A stretch of 64,000 bases of DNA from Lytechinus pictus (lineage: Eukaryota): positions 12,526,001-12,590,000 of the forward strand of contig NC_087251.1 in NCBI RefSeq assembly GCF_037042905.1. Reading direction: 5' to 3'. The notes beneath the pieces were generated by a model. The model was not told the DNA's origin. It did not search any database and saw only the letters and a program-made list of their open reading frames with translations. Shown here in pieces: positions 52,189-64,000 of the stretch (its first letter is position 1; each line of letters starts with the position of its first letter). Made by a program: the position numbers and the translations under genes.

Positions 52189-54504
52189 AAAGTAAATTTA
52201 CTCGACCTGTTGAGGAAAGCCAAGATCTCCCTCAGGAAATTAACCTGCCAAGGAAAATTCTTATAAGCTTGATTAGAAACATGATAGCTACAAGGTTTTT
52301 CTCCAGTGAAATTGTCAGTTTTACTATATTACCCCTTTCATACTGTGCCTTTCTCTGGAGAACTTCGCTGGTAAAGTTCACCAGGGGAAAGTGTCCAGTA
52401 TGAAAGGTACACAGGAGAACTTTCCCAGCAAACTTCTCCACCTCGAGAGGTGGAGAACTTACTTCCGCCCGAGCAAATCACCCGTCGACTTTCGCCGAGA
52501 AAGAGATGTCAGTGCGAAAGGGTACATTATTTTCTTCGCTGGAGAAGTGAGGAATGCGTGCAGCAGAAGTTTGCGGGGGGGGGGGGGGGGGAATGAAGAG
52601 GCCAGTTTGAAAGGGGTTAATGTCTTCCAAAGAGATCAGGAAGTGTTGTAAACTTATCAATTACCTTATATTTTTACGCTTCTTCTTTTTTTCATCACAC
52701 TAATAAATTATCATCATCATATCAACCATTACAACTTTATCAAAGAGGTAGGCGTATTTCAATTTGAGACAGGGATACGCTTGGAAGGGCACTTTGATGA
52801 GGTTGTATTTGGTGTTATTTACCATTAAATCAAGATCAAATAAGGAAGGATTCCCGAAGGAATTTACAGAGTCAGAGAAGCAAGTCAAAGAAATTCATAG
52901 GTCACGGTAATGAGATACATTTTGAAATGAAAACCATGAGGAAAAACAGGTAGGAAGCGAAGAAAGGGAAGGAAATAATGAGATGAGAAAAATAATTGTA
53001 TCTTCTTCCCTCTACTCCTTCAATACATTTCTAACTTGAAATTAGCTGTAAAACTACAACTAAACAATTACAACTCAGAAAGCCCCCCCCCCTTCCTCCA
53101 GCACTGATAACTGTTATTAAAACCTTTCAACTATTCTTCGACACTGTGATTTTTCAATGTCAGAGTGGTCTTCCCATTAAACTAATTATGCTACATTTAA
53201 CAAGACAGGTTTCAAACTCATCTTTATAATTTATAAACAAGGTTTGCCCATATTTATGTTCTGGGACCCCTATAGCTAATGTCCTCTTTGAAATAGGGTT
53301 GACTAATGAGTTCTTTCCTCCTGCTCTATCTCCTCCCCATTCTACTAATTTAACCCTCTGACTCTCCCACTTCAATCTATCCCCCCCCCCCCCCCGACAC
53401 ATATCACATAAGCCAAGAGTAATGAAAAATATTTTCAATCAGTGTAAGAAGGTAAAACGTTAACATCTTAAGGTTTGGTTAGGGAATGATTCAAGACCAA
53501 CATGATGCCAAAGTGGACTTCCCTTGTTAACAAATTTTTGAAAACAGGGGTCCTCGGCTCATCTCTCTAACCAAATGTGTCCTCAGCTGTCCTGAGAGAC
53601 CCCTGCAGCTCTTGTCCTCTTTTTGAAATAGGGTCAAATAATGAGTTCTTCCCCCCTTCTCTATCTCCTCCCCATTATGTTTCCCTTCCTTCAATTCATT
53701 TCCCCTGACATACATTTCATGAGATGCCATAGCGCTTTACACAAAGCATTTGACTTTGATAGCATGACTAAATTCTATGACAGATTGGGTTTGTCTAATG
53801 TGAAATTGATAGTTCAAATCGTATGAATGATAAATCTCAAGGCTTTGTGTTATTGGATCCAATGGATAATTATTTTAATCAAACTTTCATTTTCATAACA
53901 GTTTCTGGAAATAGAATAAGAGAGGGACTATTATTAAGATTGACAAGTGATAAAAGAACAAAGTGCACAAAAGACCCAACATCTCATTGAACCCAAGGTC
54001 ATTCTTTAAATCCTGTGGCCTGATCAAAGAACTAAGTGAAAATGATGATTTTATAAAAGCTTATTATTCAAATTAAGGTCTAATGACATCCTCCCCTCCC
54101 CCCTCCCCAACTGCCGGTGAATTTGAAAGCAGCAAAAGGATCTGTTTATGTGCAATATAACCTGCAGTCCCCACTTTGACCACTCACTTCCCTTCCCTAT
54201 GTCCACTCTCATCCTGTCCAGTTTCCTTACAGACTAGACCAGTTTCAAGAGGATATGTCCAGTCTGGTGAGATCTAGAGGCATTATCACTTCTCTTAAAT
54301 CACAAAAAATACCCTCGATAAATCATTCAGGCCTCTAACTATTCTTGCATCACCTAAAAACTATTCCTTTAACACTGGAAATATTCCTGCAACATTTGAG
54401 AAAATCCTTCGGAAATTGCTAGTAGTTTTGACAAATACCTATTTATTTGTCGGGAATCGGGAGATATTAAAATATTTCTTTGCTTTCACACTGCCAAAAG
54501 ACCT

Positions 54505-54657
54505 GGGCGCCATTGCATAAAAGTTACTATTATGGTAACTTTGCCATCCAATAGTAACTTTCATGGAATCCTTGATTTTGATTGGCTGATGAGCATTGTT
54601 ACCATGGTAGTTACCATTGGATGGCAAAGTTACCATAATAGCAACTTTTATGCAATG
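54505..54657. mobile_element. Palindromic MITE (right tip eroded)
   Basis: CATTGCATAAAAGTTACTATTATGGTAACTTTGCCATCCAAT and its near-perfect reverse complement. Confidence 0.8.
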
Positions 54658-55062
54658 TTGTATGTTTTGATTTTTTTATGGACAATAAAGTACCTCAATT
54701 GAGGATAAACAGACAAAAAAACTTGTATCCAGTGGGGCCCAGGTAGGCTTATTATCTTATTGGGCAGGTATAAAAGCTCAAATGGTCCATTTGCAAAAAT
54801 TATCAGCCCCCCCACCCCCCCTACAAACAAATTTCAGATGCAGAGTATAGGGTTCAAGGTAAAAAAAAAAAGCTTGTAAGATCATCTCCATAAATGTTTT
54901 TTTAATTTGTAACAGGTATTATGTATACTAAAACACTACTTATTATCATTAAAAAAAAAAACAATCACAGAAATCAGACATGAAGATAATTTATCTTAAT
55001 AATTAATTAGTCATATCACCATCATTTTTTTATGAGATTGACCTTAAAATCTGAAGAACATA

Positions 55063-55511
55063 GAGGCTGTTCTCACTACGTTCCTAAAACTAGTTTAGTG
55101 GAAACTAGTTTAACGCGTAGTGAGAACGGTCAAAGCGGTCTTGGAAGCGATTTTCCAAACCAGTTTGGAAAACCACCTCGCGATGTAGTTTTCAAGATCA
55201 CTTTGCCTCGTTAAACTGGTTTTAGCGTAAGTGAGGACACAACCATTCTTCGGGAAGCGATCTTCGCACATTTTGAGCGCGCTACTCCACACGACAGGTG
55301 TAGAATGCCTATGCTGCGGTTTCGAATTTCGCGAGAAACGTGTCACCCGACTGAGAGCGTTTCCATAGCAACAAGAGCGCTTTACGTGAAGTGATTTTGA
55401 AAACCACTTTCGTGTGATCAAGTGGGAACGCTAGCAAAGCGATCTTCCAAAGTGGTTTCCTGAATCGGTTTCCAGTAAACTAGTTTTAGAAAGCGTAATG
55501 AGAACGGCCTC
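55063..55511. mobile_element. Harbinger-like MITE
   Basis: ~35 bp imperfect TIR GAGGCTGTTCTCACTACGTTCCTAAAACTAGTTTA / TAAACTAGTTTTAGAAAGCGTAATGAGAACGGCCTC; ATA on both sides; CpG-rich. Confidence 0.85.
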
Positions 55512-55924
55512 ATATACACACTCTAATAACATTTACTGGTCATAAAACTTATTTTTAGTACCAGTCCACTTCAAACAGAATTTCATGTGGCAGCCTAAAC
55601 ACTTTCTCAAGTTCCTTATATACCCAACAAAATATTAATCCCTAGCTTATAAAAGCACTTGACATTAGTAAAACAAGCAACATCAACAAAAACTTCCTCC
55701 TACACATTCTATATTTATAATGCACGCAGTTCATGTTATAAAATCATGAAAATGCAATGACGTCTTTTTGATGTCAAGCTGAAAAAGAGCGTTGCACTTG
55801 AAAAATGATGAAAAGTGCAAAAAACCAGTTTCATCTGCAATCATTCAATATTTTGTATTTCAATTCAATATACAATACTTCATCATTGACAGTCCAGGAA
55901 TTATTGTTATGAATTAGACAATAT

Positions 55925-56244
55925 GGTCCGTATTCTGAAGTCGGGTTTAATTTAAACTCTGGTTTAAAGTTGTGGTTCAACTATGTATAGCCAATAATGG
56001 CATAAATCTGTAACAGTTGAATTTCAATGTTCAATTTCAATCAGCTCATTTTTCTCTCAAATCATTCTTAACTGTTTTGGAGGATAAATAAGATAGCTTT
56101 CTACACCATTCACAGTCTAGAAGAGCACAGTAAACATAAGAAACCTACAAAGTAAGGAAAATTTTTGACACTTTTTGGCTATCTATAATCTTAGCACAGA
56201 GTTAGACCATGGTCTAAATTAAATCTGATTTCAGAATACAAGCC
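55925..56244. mobile_element. Harbinger-like MITE
   Basis: Termini GGTCCGTATTCTGAAGTC and GATTTCAGAATACAAGCC. Confidence 0.7.
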
Positions 56245-57512
56245 CAAGTAAACTTTTTTGTTTTTTTAATTAATTTTATCAATGATATGTAAATATTGTG
56301 ATTATGTCTGTGATTGCAAAACCCATAAAACTCATAATTAGAAAAACCTAATAATTAGTATAAACTAATTTGATGGAGTACAATGATTGCCAATTTATGA
56401 ATTATATATTATTAATTTAGAATAAATATAATTCTTGAATAATACAGCAAATTTTCTTGCCAATTTAAAGAACTTGGGGATCAATCAATCAGAGTTCCAA
56501 AATTCTGTTACCATGGAGCTAAGAGACTACAGAGCATAAAGTCATATGTAACAAATTATTTCAATAGCATTCCAACTGCTAATTGCGGGTGATATTATTA
56601 TATTTAATTTTGAATACTTTTTTTTACCTAACAATTGCTTTGTAGTAAAAATATATATATATATTCAAAATTGAATGAAAAAGAGATATTTGCTTTGCAG
56701 ACATCAGGGTCGATGCCAAACATTATAAAGAAAACATTCTGAATAATGTAAATGTCTTCTTGAGAGTCTAGTAAATCTCCAAACGAAGCAGCAAGACAGA
56801 GATGAAGCGCTTTTCAAGACAGTTCATGATAGGAACAAAATTGGTAACATTAAACTTGTCCCTTGCAATATGTCATCCACTTAATTTCAATAGATATCGT
56901 TCTTACCCACCCCAGGATGATCTATATTGGTTTTATCTGGCTGTATCCCTACACTGGCTCAAAGGTATAGTCTTGATGATTTATCATTCTTTATGGTGTC
57001 TTTCCTGTTTCTTATGTACTGTGCCTACCCATACTCCTCCTTCCCCCACCTCCTACTCTCTCTCCTTTTTCATTTCTTGAGCAAAATATGCAACATACCT
57101 GCAACATATTTTTCTATCTTCCTTCTTTCCCCAAAAAAAATGTGGATCCCCATCCATGAAATAGAATTTTACGATTAATATTTTTCTTACCTGATTTCAA
57201 CAGCGATCAGAAGTGAATGCATCAGGGAGGATAACATGCAAGAAAGAGATAAAAAAGAAACGAAGAAAAAGGTAAAACAATGTTATTTCAAATTCAGTTT
57301 CAAAATGACATGATCTTCATATACAAACTAATTATACACAGAATTTCCCCAAAAAATGTGCAGGCCTTTGTTGAAATATGTAAAACAAATAAGCAAATTT
57401 GTATATCTCAGTAAAATATGTTGATTGACACCTTCACAATTAAATATGACTTATACAATACAGTCAACCTTCCAAAAGGATAACAAAATTATTTAAAAGA
57501 TATAGAAGTCAC

Positions 57513-57744
57513 CAGTGGCAGATTTAGCATTTTGCTAAGAGAGGATTTGACCAGTTGGTTTGACCCAATAACGATGAGCTGTGACATAATGCGTCCTCCC
57601 CCCTCCTAGAAAAGTCACTGTTATGCTTGTGCAACTCTCATAAAAGGGGAAGGGGTGTTGGAGTTTGATCCCACACTCCTTTTTTTTATTATTTTCAAGG
57701 AGCCAGAGGTGTGGGTTTAAACCCCCCCCCCCCTTCCGCCACTG
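57513..57744. mobile_element. Small DNA element with CAGTGGC termini, superfamily unassigned
   Basis: CAGTGGCAGA and TCCGCCACTG termini, 5 bp TSD GTCAC. Confidence 0.75.
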
Positions 57745-58936
57745 GTCACTGATATTACATTCATGTAAAAAATTAAGATAAACGAATATTGATGTAAAAA
57801 TAATGATCCACCTTGAAGAGTATAAGATCATGTCAACTTCAAGGCGATCACAGCATAATTCTTAACTGGATATATTCAGTGACACTTGAACAACTTACAT
57901 TGCAACTAATATGGAATAATAAGTCAAGTCGCGTAATGGACATGGAACTGGCCAAAGCCCATCACAGCTTTAGCATAAGCAGATTGGGTCCACCAATAGC
58001 AGTAACTTTATTCATTTTGTTCGAGTTTGTAAAACTGCATGCTATTCATGTTGACCAGAAAATAACTCAACATCACTATTTCCTACCACTCGCTTGATAA
58101 AAAAGAGGCAAACTATGTTTGATATCTTTTGTCTTAAGTAAAACTTGACTAGACATTAATGTGTCATATGTGTCATTGTACATAGAACTGAATTTATGAG
58201 TTTAATCAACCCTTCAAGTAACATGATAAATCAAAACAAAGAGGATATAAATGACCTCTTTCAAATTTTCAAAGCTACTGCATCATCCTTTTTGATAATG
58301 GATGTGTTAGAGCATGGACCTACAGAGACATAGATGGGACCGATAGAGACTAGGGTATCCAAAGTTACCAGATTGAAGCAATGGTTGATTTTAACTCATA
58401 TATATAAGTCATCTGTGACAGGCAAAAAAGTGATGGTTTCGGATTTGTCTAAATTTCTCAGACCTTGTTTTATTGGCAACATGATCTGTCACAAAGGTTA
58501 CAGGCAAAAGTAACACTAATGTCATTTTTTATTGTGTTAAAGAGGCATTTCCTTTGAACTAGTTGTCACTGTAATAAACAACAACAACAAATCTAAATCT
58601 GGATGGTAGAACCTGAAGAGGTTTGGATGTGACAGACATTCTAAAGTAGTCAAGGGTCTAGAATGTAAGACTTTGCTGGTACCTGGAATCTAATGGGGCA
58701 GCAGTCATTAGAGTTCACTAATTGACTTTTAACATCTGTTGAGATTAATGTGCTCATAAAGAAGAACTGTTTTATTAATGGACATGAGGACATCCTTTCC
58801 CCTCAAGGTATCCAATATGTTCCTCATCTGCCCAAAATAGTCAGTCACTCTTACAAACTGCATCCCATCTCCCTTTTCTTTACACACAGACTTTGATGTG
58901 TCAAAACATGTTACAGTAGTCTGAAGGTACACTTAA

Positions 58937-59517
58937 AGGACAAGTCCACCCCAACAAAAAGTTGATTTGAATAAAAAGAGAAAAATCCAACAAGCATAAC
59001 ACTAAAAATTTGATGTAAAATAAGAAAGTTATGACATTTTAAAGTTTCGCTTAATTTCAGAAAACAGTTATATGCACATCCTGGCTGGTATGCAAATGAG
59101 GAGACTGATGACGTCATCCACTCACTATTTCTTTTGTATTTTATTATATGAAATATGAAATATTCTAATTTTCTCCTCATTGTCAAGTGATACAACGATT
59201 AATTCCTCCCTGAACATATGGAATTAGCATTGTTCAATATTATATGTTTCAGTCAAGTTGGTCCTTATTGTCAAATCTATAAAAAATGAAATATTGTATA
59301 ATTCAAACAATAAAAAACATAAGAAATAGTAAGTGATGGACATCATCAACTGACTCACCTAGTTGTGCATATCATTGTTTTGGGAAAAATAAGCTAAATT
59401 TTAAAATGTCATAACTTTCTTATTTTACATCCGATTTTGATGAAATTTTCAGCACTATGCTAGTTTGATTTTTCTCTATTTATTCAAGTCAGCGTTTTCC
59501 TGGGGTGGACTTGACCT
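58937..59517 (+). mobile_element. Kolobok-like TTAA MITE, family K copy D
   Basis: TTAA|AGGACAAGTCCACCCCA ... TGGGGTGGACTTGACCT|TTAA; very similar to copy C. Confidence 0.9.
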
Positions 59518-60639
59518 TTAAAGAGATAATTTGGTGTTATGTAATCAGCTGCCCTTTCATAAATTCACCCTCAAATAGTCTGGATTGAATGTTGATCAAA
59601 ATAATGCAGCTCGGCAATAAAACTTGCGTTTATGCATTCAGAAATGGTCCGCTTTTATCTTATACCATCTCTCTTTTCCAATAAAAGCATTTCTTTTTCC
59701 TGCTGTTCATTTTTTTACAAGATTTTCAATTATTTTCTCACTGCCAATCCTGAACTTTCCATTGAAAGCGGTAACTCGAGAACTTCTTCACATTTAAGTT
59801 TAATTACTGTAGACCTCTGCATCTCTTGCTTTATCTAATCAAGTCACTTTCATTAGGCGGTCATTCTTCATTTGGTCAGCATGCATGTATGCCCACTTGG
59901 CCTTGCTGGCCTCCAACTGCATCATGGGTAATTAAATTGTCGCAAGGAGGCATTTTCTCTTGGGCATTGAAATGGAAAAGAGCACTTCATCTTTAGAATG
60001 GAATAAAGCATACACTGTTGGTAGGAGTTGCAGTGATCTGGAATCAAATATTTTTTTAGTCAGTGTTGTAGTATTTGATTTGCAGTAAAATTTACCAAAG
60101 GTCACACATACATTATTTCAAGAGCGAAATTTCTAATTACATTCGGTTATGCATGTAGACCTATGCAATAACATTATCTTGCGGAAATGTATCAGAGAAT
60201 TTGTGTCATTTTTCATTGATGAATTGCTGAATAAAAGCATTACAAAACGTTCGCTTAAATAATTATTATTAACCGATTGTCTATAAAAAGGTAAAAATAA
60301 CATTACACTTGTGATCTTTCACCAGGGACCAATGCCTTTATGGCTCTGCAAAAACAATCAAATCTCACTAATTTATCATGAAGATTGTTTGGGGGAATTG
60401 CATAAGGGAAATCTCCCTTCCATCTCCCGATTGAGTGTTTATCACAGCCGCAAGATTATTATGACACAAGTGATTGATGCCTAGCCACACTGAATGCATA
60501 ATGAGAATACCTTGATAAATGGAGGAATTCCTGGTTTAAAACTCAATTGTGAACTGAATTTAATGTTCCATTGTTAGTAGGATGGAAGAAAACAATGTCT
60601 TGAATTTGAATTATGAAGTTTGACTACATGAAGATATAT

Positions 60640-60940
60640 TATGATGCAGATGTTGATGATGCAGCAGGGTGATGGTGGTGAGGGTGATGATGCAGCAGGG
60701 TGGTGGTGGTGATGATGACGATGACCCTGGAGATGATAATGGCAATGAGGATAATGAGGAGGAGGAGGAGGGTAAGATGAGGAGAGGAGGATGATGATGA
60801 TGCAGGGGTGGTAGTGATGGTTGTGATGATGAGGAGGAGGAGGGGGATGAGGATTGATAATATTAATAAAGACAGTAATGACAAAAATGGGTGAAAATGA
60901 TGAGGAGGCTGAAGATAATGATGATCATGGTAACAATGAT
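60640..60940. repeat. Compound (GAT/GAG/GGT)n trinucleotide low-complexity tract
   Basis: Runs of gat, gag and ggt triplets. Confidence 0.85.
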
Positions 60941-62853
60941 TTGGTAAGTCATTGTGACAGCTGAGGATACTGACGAGCTGAAAGAGGGGTGGTGATGGAA
61001 GTGATTGGGATGAACTTAAAACATTTAGTTGACAACTAAAAAGACATTAATACACAGATATTCACCTAAGGTTAATACCCTCTAGCTCTTGATATATGGT
61101 GGACCTGCAGAGTTTCCAAGTGAGGATGATAGTCTCTTCAATCAATAAAGTTTAGTGAAAGTGACTGCTGGCATGAAAGCCTACTATCATGCAAACAAAC
61201 TTACTTACCAAGAACGGAATCCCAAGAATGGTAACTGACCATTAATCAATTCCTAGCATTCCATCAAAAGTTCGACCAATAAAATCCCTTTATTTCCCTG
61301 TTTCCGTTATTTGGTCAAAGAAACGTGCTCATCTTGACAGGTCGAGTGTGTCCAATTTAGATTGATTGATTATAGCTGATAATCATTTTCTCCAATTCAA
61401 TATATTTTGTTTCCAAAAGCAATACATCAAATGAACGAATTCCAGCTGGTTATCATTATTTGCCTGTAACTTGTAGATATGAATGATTATTTCCTTTCAA
61501 GCTGGATATAAGGTCTTATTCCTTTCTTTAAAACATATACTGTCCATCAAACAAATTCTAAACATACTTCACAAATTTTCATGTATTTGCTCTGTCTCTT
61601 GTTTTCCATCTTATATCTATCTTCTATCTTTATTCTCTATTTTTTACTCTGCTCCTGTAAACTATCTTTCTTTTTTTCTATTTCCAACATTCTGTATGTC
61701 TGTGTCTCTCTCTCTCTTTCTATGATTCTCTTCTGTATCCAATTAATTTACCCCTTCCTTTACCTTCTTTATATTCTTTGATCTCTTGCTCACACCCCTC
61801 CCAATGCCTGCTTTCCATCAGGGGCTAGGGAGTGGCTTGTTTTACCGATCCTAAATTCCTTCCCCTTCCCTCTGGATCTCATTAGGACATTTCTGGATGA
61901 ATGACAAAGCAATGTCTTCCAACTTTAGAAAATACACAAAACAGTGCATTTATTGACTGCTTCTGTTTTATATATGTATTTATTTATTTATTTATTTGTT
62001 TGTCTTCCTCACACTTCCATCATGACATCAAGAAATTTTAAACAGATTTTTTAGAGATCATTGTACATCCATGTCCATGGTCCCATAGTACATTATTGTG
62101 AAACTCGCAGAGAAGGCTTTGTATTTACGTGGAAGAAATGTAATATTGTTGAATATGATGTCAAAATCTATCACAAAATTTAGTTTTCCATATCAAAAGG
62201 CAAACATTTTTGCTCAGTTGCTTTGCTAACTCACAACTTTTAGAAATGGCCCCTTCACAATTTTTGGCTCAATGTGCCACTAGAAGACAGGCTATTCCTT
62301 ACGACCATATAGATGCACAGAAACAGGTCTGGTATCAAATTTGAGGAACACATGATCACAAAGACATATTGAATTTAATTATATATTTTCTTTTGTGTGA
62401 ATACCTTGCTTTAGGAGATTCATTAGCAATACAAACAGACAGATTATCAGATAAAAATCAACTTCATCTATCTTTATGATCAGGTTTCCTGAATGAGCGT
62501 TCTTCATCAACCTGTCATTATCTTATCGTCTGGTAGTATCTAAAACTAGTCATTTGCTATTGAGAGGTACATAGATCCCTGAAGACTCCTTCTTACATTT
62601 AAGATGCAGTGTATTTGTAATGATACATAAACACAAAATATCTAAATCACTTTGAAAAATGCAATGTCATTCTCTTCATTGTATTTGGCTAAGGCTGCAT
62701 TCAATAAATTATCTTATTAAGGCTAGAATTGAAAAAATATCATACATCAAAATGTTGTGGCGGAGCATTCAAATGAATCTGACTCGCCTTCATTTTATGA
62801 TGTGCCACCATGCATCATACTATGAAGTTTGACCCATTTATATGAATAACTAA

Positions 62854-63235
62854 TACCCCTTTCATAAACCCAATTATGCTGATAATATCCACATAATTTG
62901 GTTGAAAAATCGGAGCGGGACCAGAGTTATCCGCATTATTTCGATGCTGCAATCATCCGCATAATAGCGGCATCGGGACCAGATTTTTACTTTATGAACG
63001 CATTTCCAAAGTAATGCGGATAATTGCCATGGTGCGGTCACAAGGTCACCCTTTTCCAACACAACCCCATCGGAGGGGGTGTGTGCAGTTGCCATGACAA
63101 TTATTCGCCTTTTTCAGGTCGGGCGCTCGTAAAAAATAGTGCGGATTATTTTCGGAGTTTGTGAATGCAGTTTTTATTGAATTATCTGCATTACTCTTAG
63201 GCGGATAATTGGAGGATGGGTTTATGAAAGGGGTC
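62854..63235 (+). mobile_element. Harbinger-like MITE, family H copy 2
   Basis: TAA flanks; termini TACCCCTTTCATAAACCC and GGGTTTATGAAAGGGGTC; homolog of 49867-50237. Confidence 0.87.
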
Positions 63236-64000
63236 TAAGTTTATATATGTCATATGAGGGGCGAAGGGGGAGGAGGGGAAGAAGGGGGGTAACTGGCAAA
63301 ACCTTACACAGGATTTACAGTTTCATTATGTGTAAAGCTTTTTTTTACAAGTTTGTTGAGTGTATTCATATTCAATCACATGCCTTACTGATATGTTATA
63401 AAATTTTGCCATGGCAACATGTATTGTTTCTCAGCATCAATGCACAGAATAAAAAGATGAATGAAGATATCCTTCTATAATAAAAGATGCCATCTCATAA
63501 CTTCCCTCTTGGCAAACCAGACAATGTATTCATTGTCAGGGAATGCGTGTTTCAAATTTACCTCATTGCCAAGATTTCCTCTTGATTCCAATATTCTTAT
63601 CCCTTCATCCATATACTTTCTTCTATTTTTGTTCTATTTATCAGATTTTGCAACATGTTTCTCTTTTCCACTACATCTTCTCTTTTAATTGTTCATTCTT
63701 TTCCGTCTGTAATTAATTCATGATTTATCCTCTTATTCTTCCATCACGTACATCACTTCGACAGCTATACCAAGCTATATTTGTCATCTTTCTTCCACCC
63801 TCTTCTGCACCGTTATTTTTCTCTGTCTCATTTCCATCTTGTTCCCTTCCTTCTATATTGGCTTATTCTCTTTTTTTCTTCTTTATTCTCTTCATTAATT
63901 CATTCCTTCATTTTCAATCCATTTATCATCTTAAATCTCTATCCTGGAGCAGTTTAGCATGGACCTATCCCAGAAACACATCTGACAAATTGGTGCACAT

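Noticed and set aside
58729..58932. 67 aa minus-strand ORF as a kinase exon
   Set aside because: No kinase motifs, weak acceptor abutting a MITE end, no convincing donor
60639..60884. Hydrophobic, His-rich 81 aa ORF
   Set aside because: Product of trinucleotide low-complexity DNA
49911..63095. ORFs inside MITEs (49911, 52119, 55110, 58911, 62874) as transposase remnants
   Set aside because: Short, no DDE or DNA-binding motifs, and explained by higher GC content or repeat structure
1..64000. CRISPR array, operon or other prokaryotic system
   Set aside because: Spliceosomal exon-intron structure and metazoan repeats throughout; no repeat-spacer periodicity seen

Overview
AT-rich eukaryotic (metazoan) genomic DNA. 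A marine invertebrate deuterostome such as a sea urchin is my inference from the Deu-domain SINE, repeat types and gene structure; the sequence does not prove it. Two convergent protein-coding genes are present. (1) On the + strand, the 3' part of BTBD9: 10 exons (1-13517) with canonical GT-AG sites and matching phases, encoding the BACK region and two F5/8C-like repeats, followed by a probable ~5.4 kb 3'UTR. (2) On the - strand, the last two exons of a kinase-fold protein that looks like a pseudokinase: a ~2 kb exon (36073-34079/34109) and a 102 nt terminal exon (33561-33460) missed by the ORF track. It has NFT where DFG is expected, no APE motif, and a ~570 aa low-complexity insert between subdomains IX and XI; a probable ~7.6 kb 3'UTR follows. 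I found no confident upstream exon in the 28 kb above 36074, but there is a candidate recursive (AG|GT) splice site at 57190/57191. The ~6 kb between the two 3' ends is almost all transposon DNA, including a 3.65 kb Academ-like element with a nested Tc1/mariner-like element and a truncated CR1/L2-group LINE. Introns carry many non-autonomous DNA elements (Kolobok-, piggyBac-, Harbinger- and P-like) and tRNA-derived SINEs. No transposase ORF, rRNA, true tRNA or CRISPR array was seen. Transposon superfamily calls rest on termini and target-site duplications (TSDs) only.
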